From positions 62,001 to 126,000 of the forward strand of contig MNCI01002981.1 in assembly GCA_015680685.1 (NCBI GenBank): a stretch of 64,000 nt of DNA, in the 5' to 3' direction. The notes beneath the pieces are model-generated. The model searched no databases and had not been told where the DNA came from. It was given only the letters and a program-made list of their open reading frames with translations. The position numbers and the translations under genes are program-made. Below, one piece after another: positions 36,900 to 51,333 of the stretch; position 1 is the first letter of the stretch, and the number at the start of each line of letters is the position of its first letter. This DNA comes from Gnetum montanum. Taxonomy: Eukaryota > Plantae > Gnetophyta.

Positions 36900-39720
36900 C
36901 AGTAATGCATGGAATTATTTACATATGTATGTATCCTTGTGCATCTTCTTTGGAGATTTCTATGGATCTCATTCCTAACTTAGCATCAATTATGCTAACC
37001 ATGCCCTTCCTGTAATGATAGGAAATTCCCTATTATCATTCTTCACATTCATCACCAAAAAATTTATTGGATAGGACCACCCATTGATAGTGGTCACCAC
37101 ATCTTCTATCTATTCCAAAGGAATGGTGACAGATTGGTCTGCTAGCTCTAATGTAATGTTGCACTTCTTTAAGGATGGTAGGTTCCACGCCTTGTATGTT
37201 TCTTGAGATATCAAATTTTTTCTAAAACCTGAGTCTAGTAGAGCCTTGCATGGTGAATTTCTAGCTACTTGTAAATAAATCAAAGGAACTCTTAGATCTA
37301 TTCGTTTCCTATGAAGTATCCCTGCCTTAATCCAATCCAGCCTGATACTATATCTGTTAGCCTAACAGTTTTAAGTTCTTAATTTGGTTGTTGTGAAAGA
37401 ATGGTGTTGATAGGATGATTTTTCATAGGAGAAACTTGTCTTAGTGAAGTCCTAATTCTACCAACCTTTTTTGGGCTTATACTGAAGAAAGAACATTTCC
37501 TTGATTTTTCTTTAGTATTGTTAATATGATCCTCTCTTTGTATATTCACTACCCTGTTAGCACTTCTCTATTAAGGTTGTGATGGAAATTCCCCTTGCAT
37601 GATAGGTGGTGGCACTAGTGGCAATGAATTGGAAGGGGAATTTGATGGGATAGTTGCTGGTAGATGTGCATAAGGATTGTGATCCATCCTTGGAGTAGTA
37701 GGTATGTAGCATTCTAATGGATGATAAGGAAAAGAACTTTGGACTAAAGTGTTTCTTAGAGATATTGAACATTGAACATAATATCCATAAGGCTCTAGTT
37801 GTATGTATGGATATTTTTGCCTTGGTAGTGGCATTGCCCATGTTTGTGGTTGCTACCACTATTGGTGTTATTACTCTTGTGGTTATGGGTAGGCTCCACT
37901 TGGGTAATATGTTGGCTAGAAAGGTTGCCTTATATTACCTTGAGGATAAGATAGCCTTTTGGGCATATGCTTTGTGACAAAGTGTGGATTCCTGCAAGTG
38001 AGGCATAACAGGACAACATCCCTTAGGATGTTCATACTAGCATACCTTGCATCCTTCCTCTTCCTCTAAAATGAAGTCAATATAATCTACCACTGAAACA
38101 ACATTTTCTTTTCGACCATAGTCTCTTTTCTTTTTCTTCTTCTTGCCCTTATTAAGTGCTTGTTCAGTCTTCTCTTTCATAATCTTTAGGATTGTAGTAA
38201 ATTTTTCATCCATTGAATCCCACATTTTCTCTACCTTTTTTGCCATATAATTTATCAATTTTTGGATAGGTAGAGTCTATTTCTATATAATATCTTCCAA
38301 GGTTTCATCCTCTTGCTTATCACATATTTGCACATCGTGTTTCCTTATTAATTTATCTCTATTATACTCTTTAGCTAACTCTCTCTTCTTGAGTTCTCCT
38401 TCCTCTTTTGCTACTTAATCAATTAATCTTTGAATCCAATGGGCAGTCATCTCTAATAGTCATCCTTGGGCATAAACCCCAATGGTCTTTCTAGTTTTGT
38501 TCCTCAACCCATCTACTATGTGCCTTATTTGTTCCTTCTGCAAGAATTCATGGCTTGGACATCTGTACAGTTAAGAATAATATTTTTCCATTACTACATC
38601 AAGGGATTTATGTATCCCTTTTTTCCATCCTTGTATTTTCTCTCTTAATCTTAACATTTGTGAGTAAGTCTAATATTTATCATTGAAGCATTCTAGCATG
38701 GTACTCCATCTTTGAATTGATTTTGATTTTAGGGATCTATAATAGCTTTTTGCCTCTTTAATGAGTGTCTGAAGGAAAAACTTAAGTTTTTGCCAGTCAC
38801 TTTATATATTCTATAGGGCATAGGGATCATGAAAGGCTTGAAGGTGATGTTGTGGATTTGCGTTATACGCACCTTCAAAGTTAGGCATATTGTTCATATC
38901 AAGTTGCTTGATGCAATTATCTCTCACATGCCTAGTTAAGATATATATAGCTTTTCTTATGTTGATCATGTTGCAAGTTGCCAACAAGGGTTCTTCATGA
39001 TCGTAGGGTTTGTATGCTCGATTATAGTGATGCCATTTTTGATACTCATATCTTTCTCTTTCTTCATGTCTATCCATGTTCCTTCATGATTCATGATCCC
39101 CGTCTCCTTCATCAAGGAATCTTGGGCAATAATTATGTCTATCATGAGCTCATCATCTCTCCCTGTCATGATCTATGTACCTTTGTCCCTTTCAGTTAGA
39201 GTCCATCGACGATCTTGAGGATGAAGATGAAGTAGTGGGAGAACGATGCTAGCTAGTTCTCCTTCTATGACTATGGTATTCATCCCTTTGTGATCTAGTA
39301 TAAACTCTTGGCCTTGAATCTTTCTTGTACTTAAAGTCTTTTGCTTTTCTTCTTGGTGTCTCTGCAAAGGTTGAATGTAGTTGCACTTTGACATGTTCTT
39401 CTGGATGAATAATAAGTGTTTATGAATGGGCTTCATGATTATAGTGAGGTTTCTCTACTACAAATGCATTGCCATCAAGTTCCTGTAGGACAATAGGAGA
39501 GTTAACTTGCTTTCCCTCATTATATTAGTTTCCATAACAGTGTCTTTTTGCACTTGTGCCTCTATGGGTTGATAGGGTCTTGTCATGTGTTTGACACATG
39601 GTACCCTTCTTATGCATGAATTAGATTCATTCCTCTTAGAGCTGTTTGAAGCATGGTAGGTGTTGAACACTCTGGGGGCAAAACATTGTTGCCCTATAGG
39701 CCTCTTCACCTTAACTACCC
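36900..39720 (-). pseudogene. Element A gag-protease, decayed
   Basis: NMPNFEGAYNANPQHHLQAFHD (gag) and ALLDSG protease motif at about 37228-45. Homologous to B, C and D. Confidence 0.8.
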
Positions 39721-40871
39721 CTCTTGGTGAAAGATGAATGTAAAATTAGAGTAGTAAAGATCATTGTGAGCAATGAGATTCTTGTTTGCATAGGCATACT
39801 CTAGTCTTTATCATCATTTGTTCTATCATTGTTCCTTCATATCTCTTTGGCATGTGATAATTTTTCCTTAGTTAAAGCCATGTTATAAGTGTGGTGTTGG
39901 GTTAAGTGTGTGTTATTAGAATTATTTAAAGGTTATAAAAATTGACTTTATGGTTCCTAATACAAAAAACTTTGTAAGATTAATTACTTAGCACATATTA
40001 ACACATCCTTGGAAATGGTACCAATGATGAGTGATGGAGCAATCTCAACACTCTACCATGTAAGTCACAAGTGCTCATGCATGAGCAGATCATAATCTCT
40101 AGTGATTGATGTTAAGTTCAAGATCGCTATCTTCCTACTTTGAGTTAGTGAAGTTCGAGTGTATGGTTTAACTCTTAGTAAGGCATATCATTGGTTGATG
40201 CTGTAAGGCTCTTAATGCTTCTAATGGTAAACATGATTGAAGATAAAGGTAAAATTCTAAGTCTAGTTAATAAGAAAACATAAATCTATCTTAGCTTAGT
40301 ATAGATATCCAATCTTGGTCTACTATACATGCCTTGGATTCATGTAATTATCACTAAGATTACCAAGTGGTATTCCTATTGAGTGAATCAAGAAACACCA
40401 CTATTGGGTTACAAGATAACTATAGTTAGCACTTGAGATGAGTTGTATCCATTCTGCTTACTAATGACATGTAAAATAAAGTGCTTGAAATGTAAAGGAT
40501 TAAGTAAGCATAAAAAACTAAGTGGATGTTGCAATGATGAAAAACAATCTTGATCTTTATTGCTAGTCATGAATTGTGTCTAAGTAGAATTCACTCAGAT
40601 AAAGATTTTGAACAACTACTCAACACAATAATATGGGCATTCACTTTATCACTAAAACTATGAAAACAAATTGCAACAATCTAGCTAAGGGTTGGAATGA
40701 AAAGTTATAAATTGTGTGCCCAAGTGCTAGTATTTTATAGGGCTACACACATCTCAAGACATGATATCAATGATAACATAACATGTACCACAATTTCATA
40801 TCTATGACTTTGTTGCTACAATATTGTAGATACAATATCGTAGTGCAACCAAAATTGAATTTATCAATAGC

Positions 40872-41600
40872 CTACACTAATAACCTTTCTGCATCTTCAT
40901 TGAATAAATATTCAAAAAAAAAGTGAAAACAGAAATCCATAATAAAGGATGCCTTCATGAGGAAGTTCTATGGCTTAATAAATGGAATATTTTATAGTAC
41001 ATTCTCTATTCTAATCCTAACTAAGTTCACACCTTGGTAAAATAAGTAGTATATCAAAAACTATAAGAAAATGCAGAAGGAAAAAAATATTTCTATTTGA
41101 ATAGTATTAGGGAATGCCATAATTTAAAGGTAAATAATATATCTATTTCTATTTCTCATTAGTTATAATGTAGAATTAGCAAAGCATAAATGTGATCTCA
41201 TCATCTAAGCGTCAAAACAAAGAGATGTGACCAAATTCCTAGTGAAGAATGAATATGTTGATTGTGCAATATAAATAGCATCAAAGATGAATACTAGATT
41301 TTCCTGCAATCTCCTTTATTGAAGTACATTAAAAATAGATGGAATATTATAGTTCCAAATTTGGGTGATTTATTCCAAATGTTACTAAGAATACTTGATA
41401 ATTTCTCTAATGACATTTTTAAACCTCATAGCATATATATTTCTATTATCCAATAGATAAAGAGAGTCTACAAACATAATTAGATTTCTATAAAAAAAAT
41501 AATTCTTCTAAAATGTCATGTTGTTTATATGTTTTGGGATGTACTAATGGGTCTTTATATCAAGATATTAAATGCACTTATACCCTATGAAATATAAATT
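40872..41600 (+). mobile_element. 3' continuation of the RTEX-like LINE after element A
   Basis: Resumes after the ATAGC TSD. The decayed motif SHHLSVKTKR..IP.EE.IC.LCN..KDE (about 41198-41300) resembles the C-terminal Cys/His region. Confidence 0.65.
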
Positions 41601-41659
41601 ACATAGTAAAGATTATATAGTTCTTATAGCAAAAACTAAAGCTCAAATGAAGTTTATAC

Positions 41660-42128
41660 TTCGAATTTTAGATGATTTATACTATCTTAGGGATAAAAGT
41701 TAATGTTAGAAAAACCAAAATGATGGTGTGTAGTACAAGATCTATTGTGGATTATTTTTATATTAGGTCAAAGAAAATTGAAATTGTCTCCTCATATAAG
41801 TATTTAGGCATCTCAATTTTAAATAGATATTCTAGTTAAGATCGTATTTCTTAGAAGATTTCAAATCGTATGTATGCTTTATATTCAATTCATACTAAAT
41901 GTGCACAATAATATACTTGGGCATAAAATGTTTGGAAGCAAATGTATAATTAACTTATTTAGCTAGTTCTATTATGAAACTTGGGAACCTAGTTTACCTA
42001 TAGCGCAATGGAAATATTTGGAATATGTCAAAAAATAATTTTTATTGTAAGAAATTCAAGTAAAAGCTCAAACTTCATATGATATTTTATTATCAGAAGT
42101 AGATATGCTACTTATAGAAATTGCAACT
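41660..42128 (+). mobile_element. Second, 5'-truncated copy of the RTEX-like LINE, interrupted by element C
   Basis: KVNVRKTKMMV, SYKYLGI and QTSYDILLSEVDMLLIE are homologous to about 23630-24070. Confidence 0.7.
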
Positions 42129-43091
42129 TGATGAGTCATCATTGTTCACCTACATTGATGCATGGTTTGCTACATTGATGCATACGCGTTGACATAGTGT
42201 CTTGTCTTGCCTATAAATACACACTCACCAACCACATTTATGACTTCCATTCATTATTTGCTAGCCAAACTCTTGCATTTTTGTCTTTTCAAGGTTAGAA
42301 TATTTTCTGAGTGCCAGTAGTAGGAGTGAGAAGTGTACGGATCTTTATTCAAACATTGATGTACCTAAGCACCTCAGTGTGATTGGCAATAAAGACAAGC
42401 TTTCTTCATAAACCTTGCAACAATTAGACTTAGCTTAATGTTTACTTAATGCATTTATTATTCATGTGATTTACTTTAATGAATTTAATTAATTAATTCA
42501 TAGTTGATAATTAATGCAAATAAGTATGACCATCTTGAGCATACAATTGATGCTTGATACTCCTAGTAGCGCTTAACACTTGGTAACCTATTAGTGTTGA
42601 AACCTATTTAGGATGTGTATGATAGATGGGAATGGATGCTTATGTTAGGATTAGCTAAGCATTAGTTGATTATTAGATTAATTAAATATTTAATTACTTT
42701 GTTTTTAGAAATTAGGAAAAATTAATGAAAAATATGAAAATGATAAAAATCATATGTCTCAGCTACACTTAATCATACCTTTTCATTTCATAAGTGAAAC
42801 TGAGCAGAAAATGATCATGTCTATTAGATTCAGTACCCAGACCTAGTGTACTTGAGAGCTAAAGTCTACGAAATTCGACTAGATTACTTAGTGAATGCTT
42901 GTAATTCGTATGGTTGGGTGTAGGGATTGCTCACTGTTCATCATTTGTGCCATTGCCAGAGACTTTAGTTAGCTATGTGCACTACCTAGGAGTTAGTGAA
43001 ATTATATAACAATGTTGTAATGAACCCTAAAGTCAACATCATTAAGAATAATAATAATAACAAAACCACATTGTTCTTCTTCCAATCTAAT

Positions 43092-46000
43092 ATGGCTTCT
43101 TCTCATAGGGAAGATTCTTTGTTGCCATACAAAGGTGGCTCCAATTAGCAAAGGCATGAAGGGTCAAAAGCACTTGTGCCCCAACAATGCATAGTGGTCT
43201 ATACTCATCTAGATGAGTATGTTTTAGACTTCAACTTCATCCTACATTAGGATGAACAACTACCATGGAGGAACATGGAGGGCAATCAAGGAAGGTCCAC
43301 GTAGCTAACTAAAGTCCCTGAAACTCTCATGAAATTGGGAATTGCAAGGCTAACGTAGCTAACTAAAGTCCTTGATTGCTCTCATGAAATTGGGAATTGC
43401 AAGGCTCAATGCTAAGTACATTGTGTAGGACCATGACTATCAGGATTATCATCCCATTGAGGCACAATGAAAGAAAGATTAGCAATAGTTGATTTGCTAT
43501 GAGGCTTTCAAGAAAAAATAGTTCACATATCCCTTTTTCCTACTAGGCTAGAAGAAAGGTGAGGATCCCTTCTCTAGGGGTTCTCAAAATACTAATTCTT
43601 CTCCTCTCTTCTTTGATGAAGGGGACCCTAACTAGAATTTACAGTCCATTATAAACAAACTTGGTTTAGGGAAGAACGGGTCCCATGACCATGGGGGCTC
43701 CAAAGGAAGGAGTCAAGGTGGAAACCAGGATAAGCATCACAACAGAGACAAACATGATGATTGTAGCCATGACCAAATAAGAGGGAGTAGTAGGCATTGT
43801 GTTGGTGCTGGCTCTCCTTTCTCTTCACTTTCAATATCCTTATCATCTTCCTCCTCTAGCTTTGATCGAACTTGTAGAGGATGAGATCGTGATGGAGGTG
43901 ACCGATGAAACAAAGATGGTCATAGGGCCCATTGAAAAAGTAGAGACTAGGGGCATGGGCAATCAAGGAAGGTCCACCACCATGAAAGAAGGGACAACAT
44001 AGAGCATCATAGGCATCATGATCATCATAGGGGCTATGACTATGATGAGTCTTTTCTTACAACAAGAAACATGCTAAACATTTTAGAGGTCGTGAAGATT
44101 CAAACAAGACATGTGAAAGATAGTAGAATCATACAATTAGACATAAAAAATACCCCCAAGTTCAAAGGGGGATACAATTTTCATTTGCAAAATCATCTTT
44201 AAGCCTTTCACAATGCTTGTGCCTTGTAGAACATTGAAAATGAATGAAAAAAACTAAAGTTATTCCATATGACACTTATCAAGGAGGCTGAAAGCTGGTA
44301 CTAGTCCTTAGAACTAGAATGAATTAGATGATGGAGTGCAATGCTTGAATTCTTCAATGACAAGTATCAAATGTAATCTTGAGTGTCTAATATGAGGAAG
44401 CAAATCCAAGGATGGAGAAAAGAAACACATGAATCCTTGGATGTGGCCATGGATAAATATTACTCTCTATTGCATAGGTGCCCAGGCCATGGCTTCTCTC
44501 AAAAGAAGCAGCTCTGCCATATCATAGATGGAATTAGAATAGAAACAAGGAGAACTCTTGGGATCTATGCCCAAGGGAGACTTTCAAAACTAAGGGTTCA
44601 TCAGATCCAAAGGCTAATTGAGCAAGTGGCCAAAGAATAAGGTGAGTTAAGAAAAAGGAAAAGTATAGAATAGTACAACCAAGATCCTTCCATCCACAAA
44701 AGGAAGGTTCAGTTTTGTGACAATGAAGAGGAGGCACCACTTGATGAAGGGTACAATGTAAGATCCTACTAATACAAAAATATATTTTCAAAATATTAGC
44801 TAAGGTAGATAAAATGTGGGATTCTTTGGATGAAGAATTCAAAACTACCCTTAGAATTTTCAAAGAGTCCAAAGAGCAAGGTAGTGGTCATGATTAAAGA
44901 AGAATAAAGGAAGCTAAATCTACCCATCAAATGGGTAAGGGCAAAGCTGCTGCTGTTGAAGAGGTTGTGAAATCTGAGACAAATGATAATGGTGGATGTG
45001 ACATCTACCATTATGAGCATCCTAAGGGATGTTGCTCCATTATGTCACACTTGTAGGAGTTTGGGGTATATGCACTAAATCTTAGATTGACAAGAAGGTA
45101 AGCACCCAGAAGGTTGCCTTATCCTCAAGGCAACTACAGGTAGTTCCATTAACAACAAGCCTACTATCCAAGTGGAGCTCCAACCCAACCTCATGAATAG
45201 TGCTAGAAATGGAAGCACCCACAGTTGTCGGGGATGCCACCACCAAGGCACTAGTACCCTTATCGATAGCCAGATCCATATGGGTACTATGTTCAATAAT
45301 CAATTTGTCCACGTGAATCTTCCAATCACACATCATTTCAGCATCACTAGTACCCTCCTGAGTATTATAGATCTCAATCTCCAAGAGTGGAATATCCATT
45401 TTCATTCTACCCTCATCCTTCTACACCTATACCTCCACCCTTAACTCAATTACCACTAGCTCCATCCATGTAGGGTAAAATTCCTGCCCATCTATAGCAA
45501 AGAAACACCACAAGGTCTATTAACTTACAACGAACACCCTAGCTGAGTGGTTCAAAAAATAAACCTAGAAAAGACCTTTCTTTCAAACTAACAATCCTTC
45601 TAAGCCCTCATAGATACCTACAACTAATGATCATGCTTCTCCCTCATGCTCTGCTACATCATTCAAGAACCCTTCGGACTAAATGCTTCCCAAAGTGCAA
45701 ACTATTATGTTGATCCATGTGGTCACTAATTGGATAAAGGTTAGCCATATTTCCAGGAAAATATATAATCCTATAAGTCTACTAATTTACTTGCAAATTG
45801 CTAGGAATTAGCCTTACAAGGTTTTTCTAGAACTAGGTTCTTGTGTAAATTGAATTTCCCATGAAATGTACAAAGCTTGGAACCTACCTTCTCTCAAGAA
45901 GAGAAACATTCATCTTGAGTTAGTAGATCAGTCCATCACCATTCCCTTGGGATTGGTGGAGAACATTATGACCACTATTTATGAATGGTTCTATCCTACT

Positions 46001-49000
46001 AACTTCCTAGTGATTCATGTAGACAACTGCAAGGGGAACTTTCCAATCATCATGGGAAGGGCTTAGCTGAGCACAATAGATGCATGGTTGGGAATCAAAG
46101 ACCTCTCCATGGAAATTTTTAAGAAAAATAATTTTAAAAAGATTGAGAGAAAGTGTGGTCCATGCATCACATACAGTGACATAGGGTGAAACTATGTGCA
46201 AAAATTATGGAACATGAAAGTACATCAATCACAGCATGTAAGTAGTGTGTTGCTGTGATAGAAATCCAAAGGTGCTTGTATGCAATAGTCAAAAAAATAG
46301 GAGGGCACCCAGTGGCTAACAATTAAACTTGATAGCAACTCAAATCTATGCATGGAATAGACTAAGCACCTTACAAGTGCCTACATGGATGGCATGTATG
46401 AGATGGAGCAAATTCATCATCAACTATTTGATGAACTTGATGACACCAATTGGGGAGAGTTGGAGATCCCTAAAAGTTTTAAACAAGAGCTCCTTGAGTT
46501 GAAAAATCTATCAACTAGAATGGATATGATTTTCTAAAAAAATGGCAAATTAGTCATTATCGATGCCAACCTTGGTCCTACATAAAAAAAGAAGTTGTTA
46601 AATATGGTTAACAAATGGCCAACAACCTTTACTTGATCATGTCTTGAACTTACTTGAATTGATCCTAAGATATGCCAGATCACATCTACATGGATCCTTC
46701 CAATTAATCAAAGAGGTAGCTGCAATGATGGTTGAACCTCAAATTGAAAGAAATCTTGAAATAGAAGATCAAAAACTTCTCAAGAAGGGGTTCATCTATC
46801 CCATTGCGAATAGTGAGTGGGTTAACCCCCTTGTGATAGTGCTATAGAAAGGTGACAAATGGAAGCTCTGCATTGATTTTAGATTGTTGAACATGGCAAT
46901 AAACAAAGATCACTTTCCATTACCATTTGTGGACTAGGTGTTGGATATTTCTTAGCATTGCTACCATAGCTTTCTAGATGGTTATAGTAGCTATAACCAA
47001 ATTTAGATTACACCAAGAGATCAAGCCAAAGCAACATTCATGAGTCCCTAGGGGACTTTTGCATACAAAAATATCTTGTTCAGCCTATGAAATTCCCCTA
47101 CCACATTCTAACACCTTGCCCTGAGCATCTTCCAATAGTACATTGGTAGTGGGGTGGAAATCTTTATGGATGATTTTTCCACCTATGGGACTACATTTAA
47201 GCAAGCATTGGATCATCTAGAGCAAGTGCTAAAAAGGTGTGTGGAGATAAACCTTAGGTTCAATTGCCAAAAAAGCCACTTGAAGGTTTAGAAAGGCATT
47301 TTGTTGGGGCACATAATTTCAAAGAAAGGGATTGAGGTGGATCCTAAAAAAATAAGAATCATCCAAGGAATTACCAAATAGCCAGAAACAGGTAAAGATA
47401 TGAGGTCATTCCTTGGACACACTAGCTACTACTGGCAATTCATTGAGAATTTCTCTAAAATTTCTACACCATTGGTAAAGCTAACAAAGAAGGATTCTTT
47501 GTTTATCTAAACCAAAGAATGTGAATGTGCATTCTAGTAGCTCAAAGAAAAGCTTGTGGAAACTCCAATTCTATGAACACTTGATTGGTCCAGGCCCTTT
47601 CACATCATGATGGATGCTTCCAATTATTCCTTGGGGGTTGTGCTCATGCCCTTGAATGATCAGAAACATCCTTACTATATTCACTATGTGAGAAAAAACA
47701 TTGTGAGTATACAGCTAAACTACACAACAACAAAAGAAGAATTGATGGTAGTGGTGTTTGACTTGGAAAAATTTAGACACTATGTGCTTGGGTACAAGGT
47801 GTTCATGCACATAGATCATAGTATAATCTAGTTCCTAATGAATAAACCAATAGTGAGCCCCCATGTCATACGATGGCTTGTGATCTTGTAGGAATTCGAT
47901 CTCATAATGGTAGATCGAAAGGAAACTAAGCACATTATTACTGACCACTTGTCTCAATTAATATGGGATAACAAAGAGGAGGAGAGCCCACTTTCATATC
48001 AATTTCTTGATGAACTTCTCTTTGTTGGGGCTATAATTGAACAAAAGCCCACTAAACCCAACTAGTACGATGGTATTCTCAACTATCTTCTCACTCAAAA
48101 GATGCCACAGGAGTGGGATCATAGGAAGAAATAATAGTTTCTTTACTAAGAAAAACACTTCATGGAAATCAATGGACAACTTTACAAGGTGTGCATTGAT
48201 GGCTTGGTTCGGTGATGCATGCCTGATGCTGATTAATTATGTGTCCTCCAAGATACTCATGAGGGCCATTGTGGGAAATACTATGCCAGGAGATGTACGA
48301 TCATTAAGATCCTCATGGTAGGGTATTATTGGCTAATACTTTTCAAGAACACTCACCACTTCATCCACTCCTGTGAATGCTACCAAGATGATGATGAAAT
48401 GACCACTCGTATGGAGGGACCTTAGTAGTGTATCCATCCACTAGAGACCTTTGATATTTGGGGCATTGACTTCATGGTTCCCATTACACCCATGTCAAAT
48501 GGAAAGGCATATATCATAGTCACTATTGGCTACTGTATGAAATGGATAGAAGATGTAGGCATCACCAATTTCACATCTTCTAAAACTACTCGATTTGTAC
48601 AACAATATGTTGTAAATAGGTTTGGGATGCCACATGTACTTATTTCTGATAACAATGCTCATTTTATAGGTAGTACCTTTTGGAAGCTCATGCAATGCTT
48701 GGGGGTTGAGTATAAATTAAGAACACCCTATCATCCCCAAGCCAATAGTTAAGAAAAGGTTATGAATAAGGAGATCACAAAAATAGTAACCCAAACTATT
48801 GGTAAATATAGGAGGGATTGAAGCATAAAACTCAATGATTCCCTTTGGACCTACCCCTTCAATTGGAAACTTCTTGTTGGCTACTCTTCCTATGAGCTTG
48901 TGTACAAAAATTTACCAACACTTTTAATCCAAATGGAGATCCGTACACTATCAACAATGTGTGACCTTGACCTTGACCTAAGTCTAGCATAGAAGAAATA

Positions 49001-49300
49001 TTGATGAACCTCAACTTACTAGACAAGAACCAACTAGTATTCCTATCATCTAACAAGTTGCATAAGGCATTTAATAAACAATGACATGACCTTAGAATAC
49101 GAAAAGTGAAATTTCAACCAGGAGATAAGGTCTATTGGAATCCCATGCATGTGCCACAAAGAGCTAAGTTTCAAATGTTGTTGGAAGGGCCTTATATTAT
49201 TTATGAAACCTTTCCTTCTAGGGCGATGTTAATCTACAAACTTGAAAGTCCAAATAAAAAACTACTAGTAAACACATAATAACTAAAACCTTAACATGAA
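43092..49300 (+). pseudogene. Element C gag-pol, many nonsense mutations
   Basis: Gypsy domain order PR-RT-RH-INT; motifs as listed for element C. Confidence 0.88.
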
Positions 49301-51333
49301 TCCAAAAGAGCCAATGACCAAAACATCCCAAAGGATGGACATGCACACTTAATTTTTCATATCTCCTGCTTCCAACTTAGTCATGGGTGCACACTTTTTT
49401 AGGACATGCTTTTTTGGATGGACATGCTTTTTTGTTTTACACACTTTTTGGATGGGTGCACACTTTTTGTTTTACACTTTTTAGGACATTTTTCTCATTC
49501 TTAAATATTTTACAATTTCTTCTATACTTTATTTAGTTTTGATTTCTTTTATGCTTTTCTTATGTTTTGTTTCCTTTATTGCCACTAGGACTAAGTGCAA
49601 TTGTAGCTATTAATTGATGGTGGTTTGTATTATAATGTTTTTTGATTACTCATTTCTAGATTCTATCTTTGAATTTTGGTGTTGATAGCTAAGTCATGGT
49701 TTTTTTTCATGATAAAAAGTGAGGAGTCCACGTCATCCACCCATTCATAAAACTCTATGGTGTTTCCTTGTTTTGGAAATATGTGATCCCTTCTTAAATA
49801 AAACTTATAATGCACTTGTGACCTTGGTAGTTTTCAAACTTGAGAAGGATTAAATGGATAGAAAAGGGTGTGAATTCAAGGGGATTTGATGCTTTTTATA
49901 CTTACCTACCCTCTTGGGTACATGAGTGTTCTCATGGATTTCTCATCATTCTACTGTTGACCAATAACAGGAAGCTGAAGTCTTTGCATGGTGTGGTTCC
50001 CATCTAAAAACTAAAAATCCAAAAAAAAGCAATAATGAGAATTCAAAGTACACCACTTAGATGAAATAATGGGCTATAGGAACTAGTTATAGGACTAGAA
50101 AGACATCGTACCCATCCTTGAAGGTCCCCTCTAACTAAGGCCCATCTCACTTCTTTCTTCTCTTTTAGAAATGGTGATTGATCTTTGGGGATATTCATGT
50201 GACTTGAGGGGGTGGATTGGTCTTAGAGTGTTAATGCAAAATCACTGAAAGTGGTTGGTTTTAATTCAAAGTAAGGATGGATGTTATCGGGTCATATTAA
50301 TCACAAAATCCACAAAGGACTTCATGTGACCATGATACAAGACTCCATTCCATTCTCCACCTCATCCATCTCTACTTTCTATATCTCACCTCATTACCTC
50401 TTTTCATGTTTTGTTCGATGTCATAGATGGATGCTTAAAAGTTTCTAGATAGTTTCTTTGGTGATTCAGTCCTTAACTAACCATAACCATTAGTCATCCA
50501 TGGGGCCCACAGACTCCTTGGCTTGAGGGCATGTAAGACCATTAAGGGAATGAGCCTACTATGGGGAAGACCCACTTGCATACTCCTTGGTTTAGTTAGT
50601 TAAGTTCCTTATCCCTTAGGCATCACTACATTGAAATCTTTTGTGCTTCACATCAATTATGTTTAGCTTTATGCTCCTTCATGGCATTTCTCTATCATTA
50701 TCACAATAAAACTCCTTTTTGTGCATTATCTAGCTGTATTCATGCATTTAATCATGTTCTAGGCTTCTTGGGATTCCTTTAGACTATAATTTCATGTAGA
50801 AACTCTTTGTTTTTCCTTCATTTTTAAGTGCAAAATTATGTCAAATAGCTGCATTGATGCGATCCCATCGACGCATAGGAAACATTCTATATATACCACC
50901 CAACACTTAGAGAATTTTTACCATTTGATACAAATGCAAGCGGAGTTTTGACAATTTTTCAAAGCCCAAAACCTTCCAAAATCCATAAATTTTACACCAT
51001 TTGTCTGATTACCCTTGTTCTTCAATCTTGCAGCTATCGGAGGTGAGCTCTACATCATGGGGGCCACAAATCTTAGGTCTTGGACAAAATTTTTTCTGAA
51101 TTTTTTCTAATTGATACAAAGTTTAATTAATAAAATAATATTAAAACCACTAATTTGTGAGATTTAAACCTTTCCAACAAACTTTGGTGGACATTAAAAT
51201 GAAATAATATTAAAATAATCAAACTTGCCATGATCACAACTTAGCCAAGTGTAACTAACCCAAAGAGATAAGGTACTAAAGTATTTCAAAGGTACACATC
51301 AAACGCTAATCCTTAATCATGTTGTGATTATAG

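Larger units (their letters stand above)
24089..40866 (-). mobile_element. Element A: Athila-type Ty3/gypsy with gag-protease and an env-like ORF, no RT/RH/INT; contains nested element B
   Basis: LTRs at 24089-24966 and 40025-40866 (TGAT..ATCA). TSD ATAGC at 24084-88 and 40867-71. Decayed PBS at about 40004-24. Confidence 0.9.
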
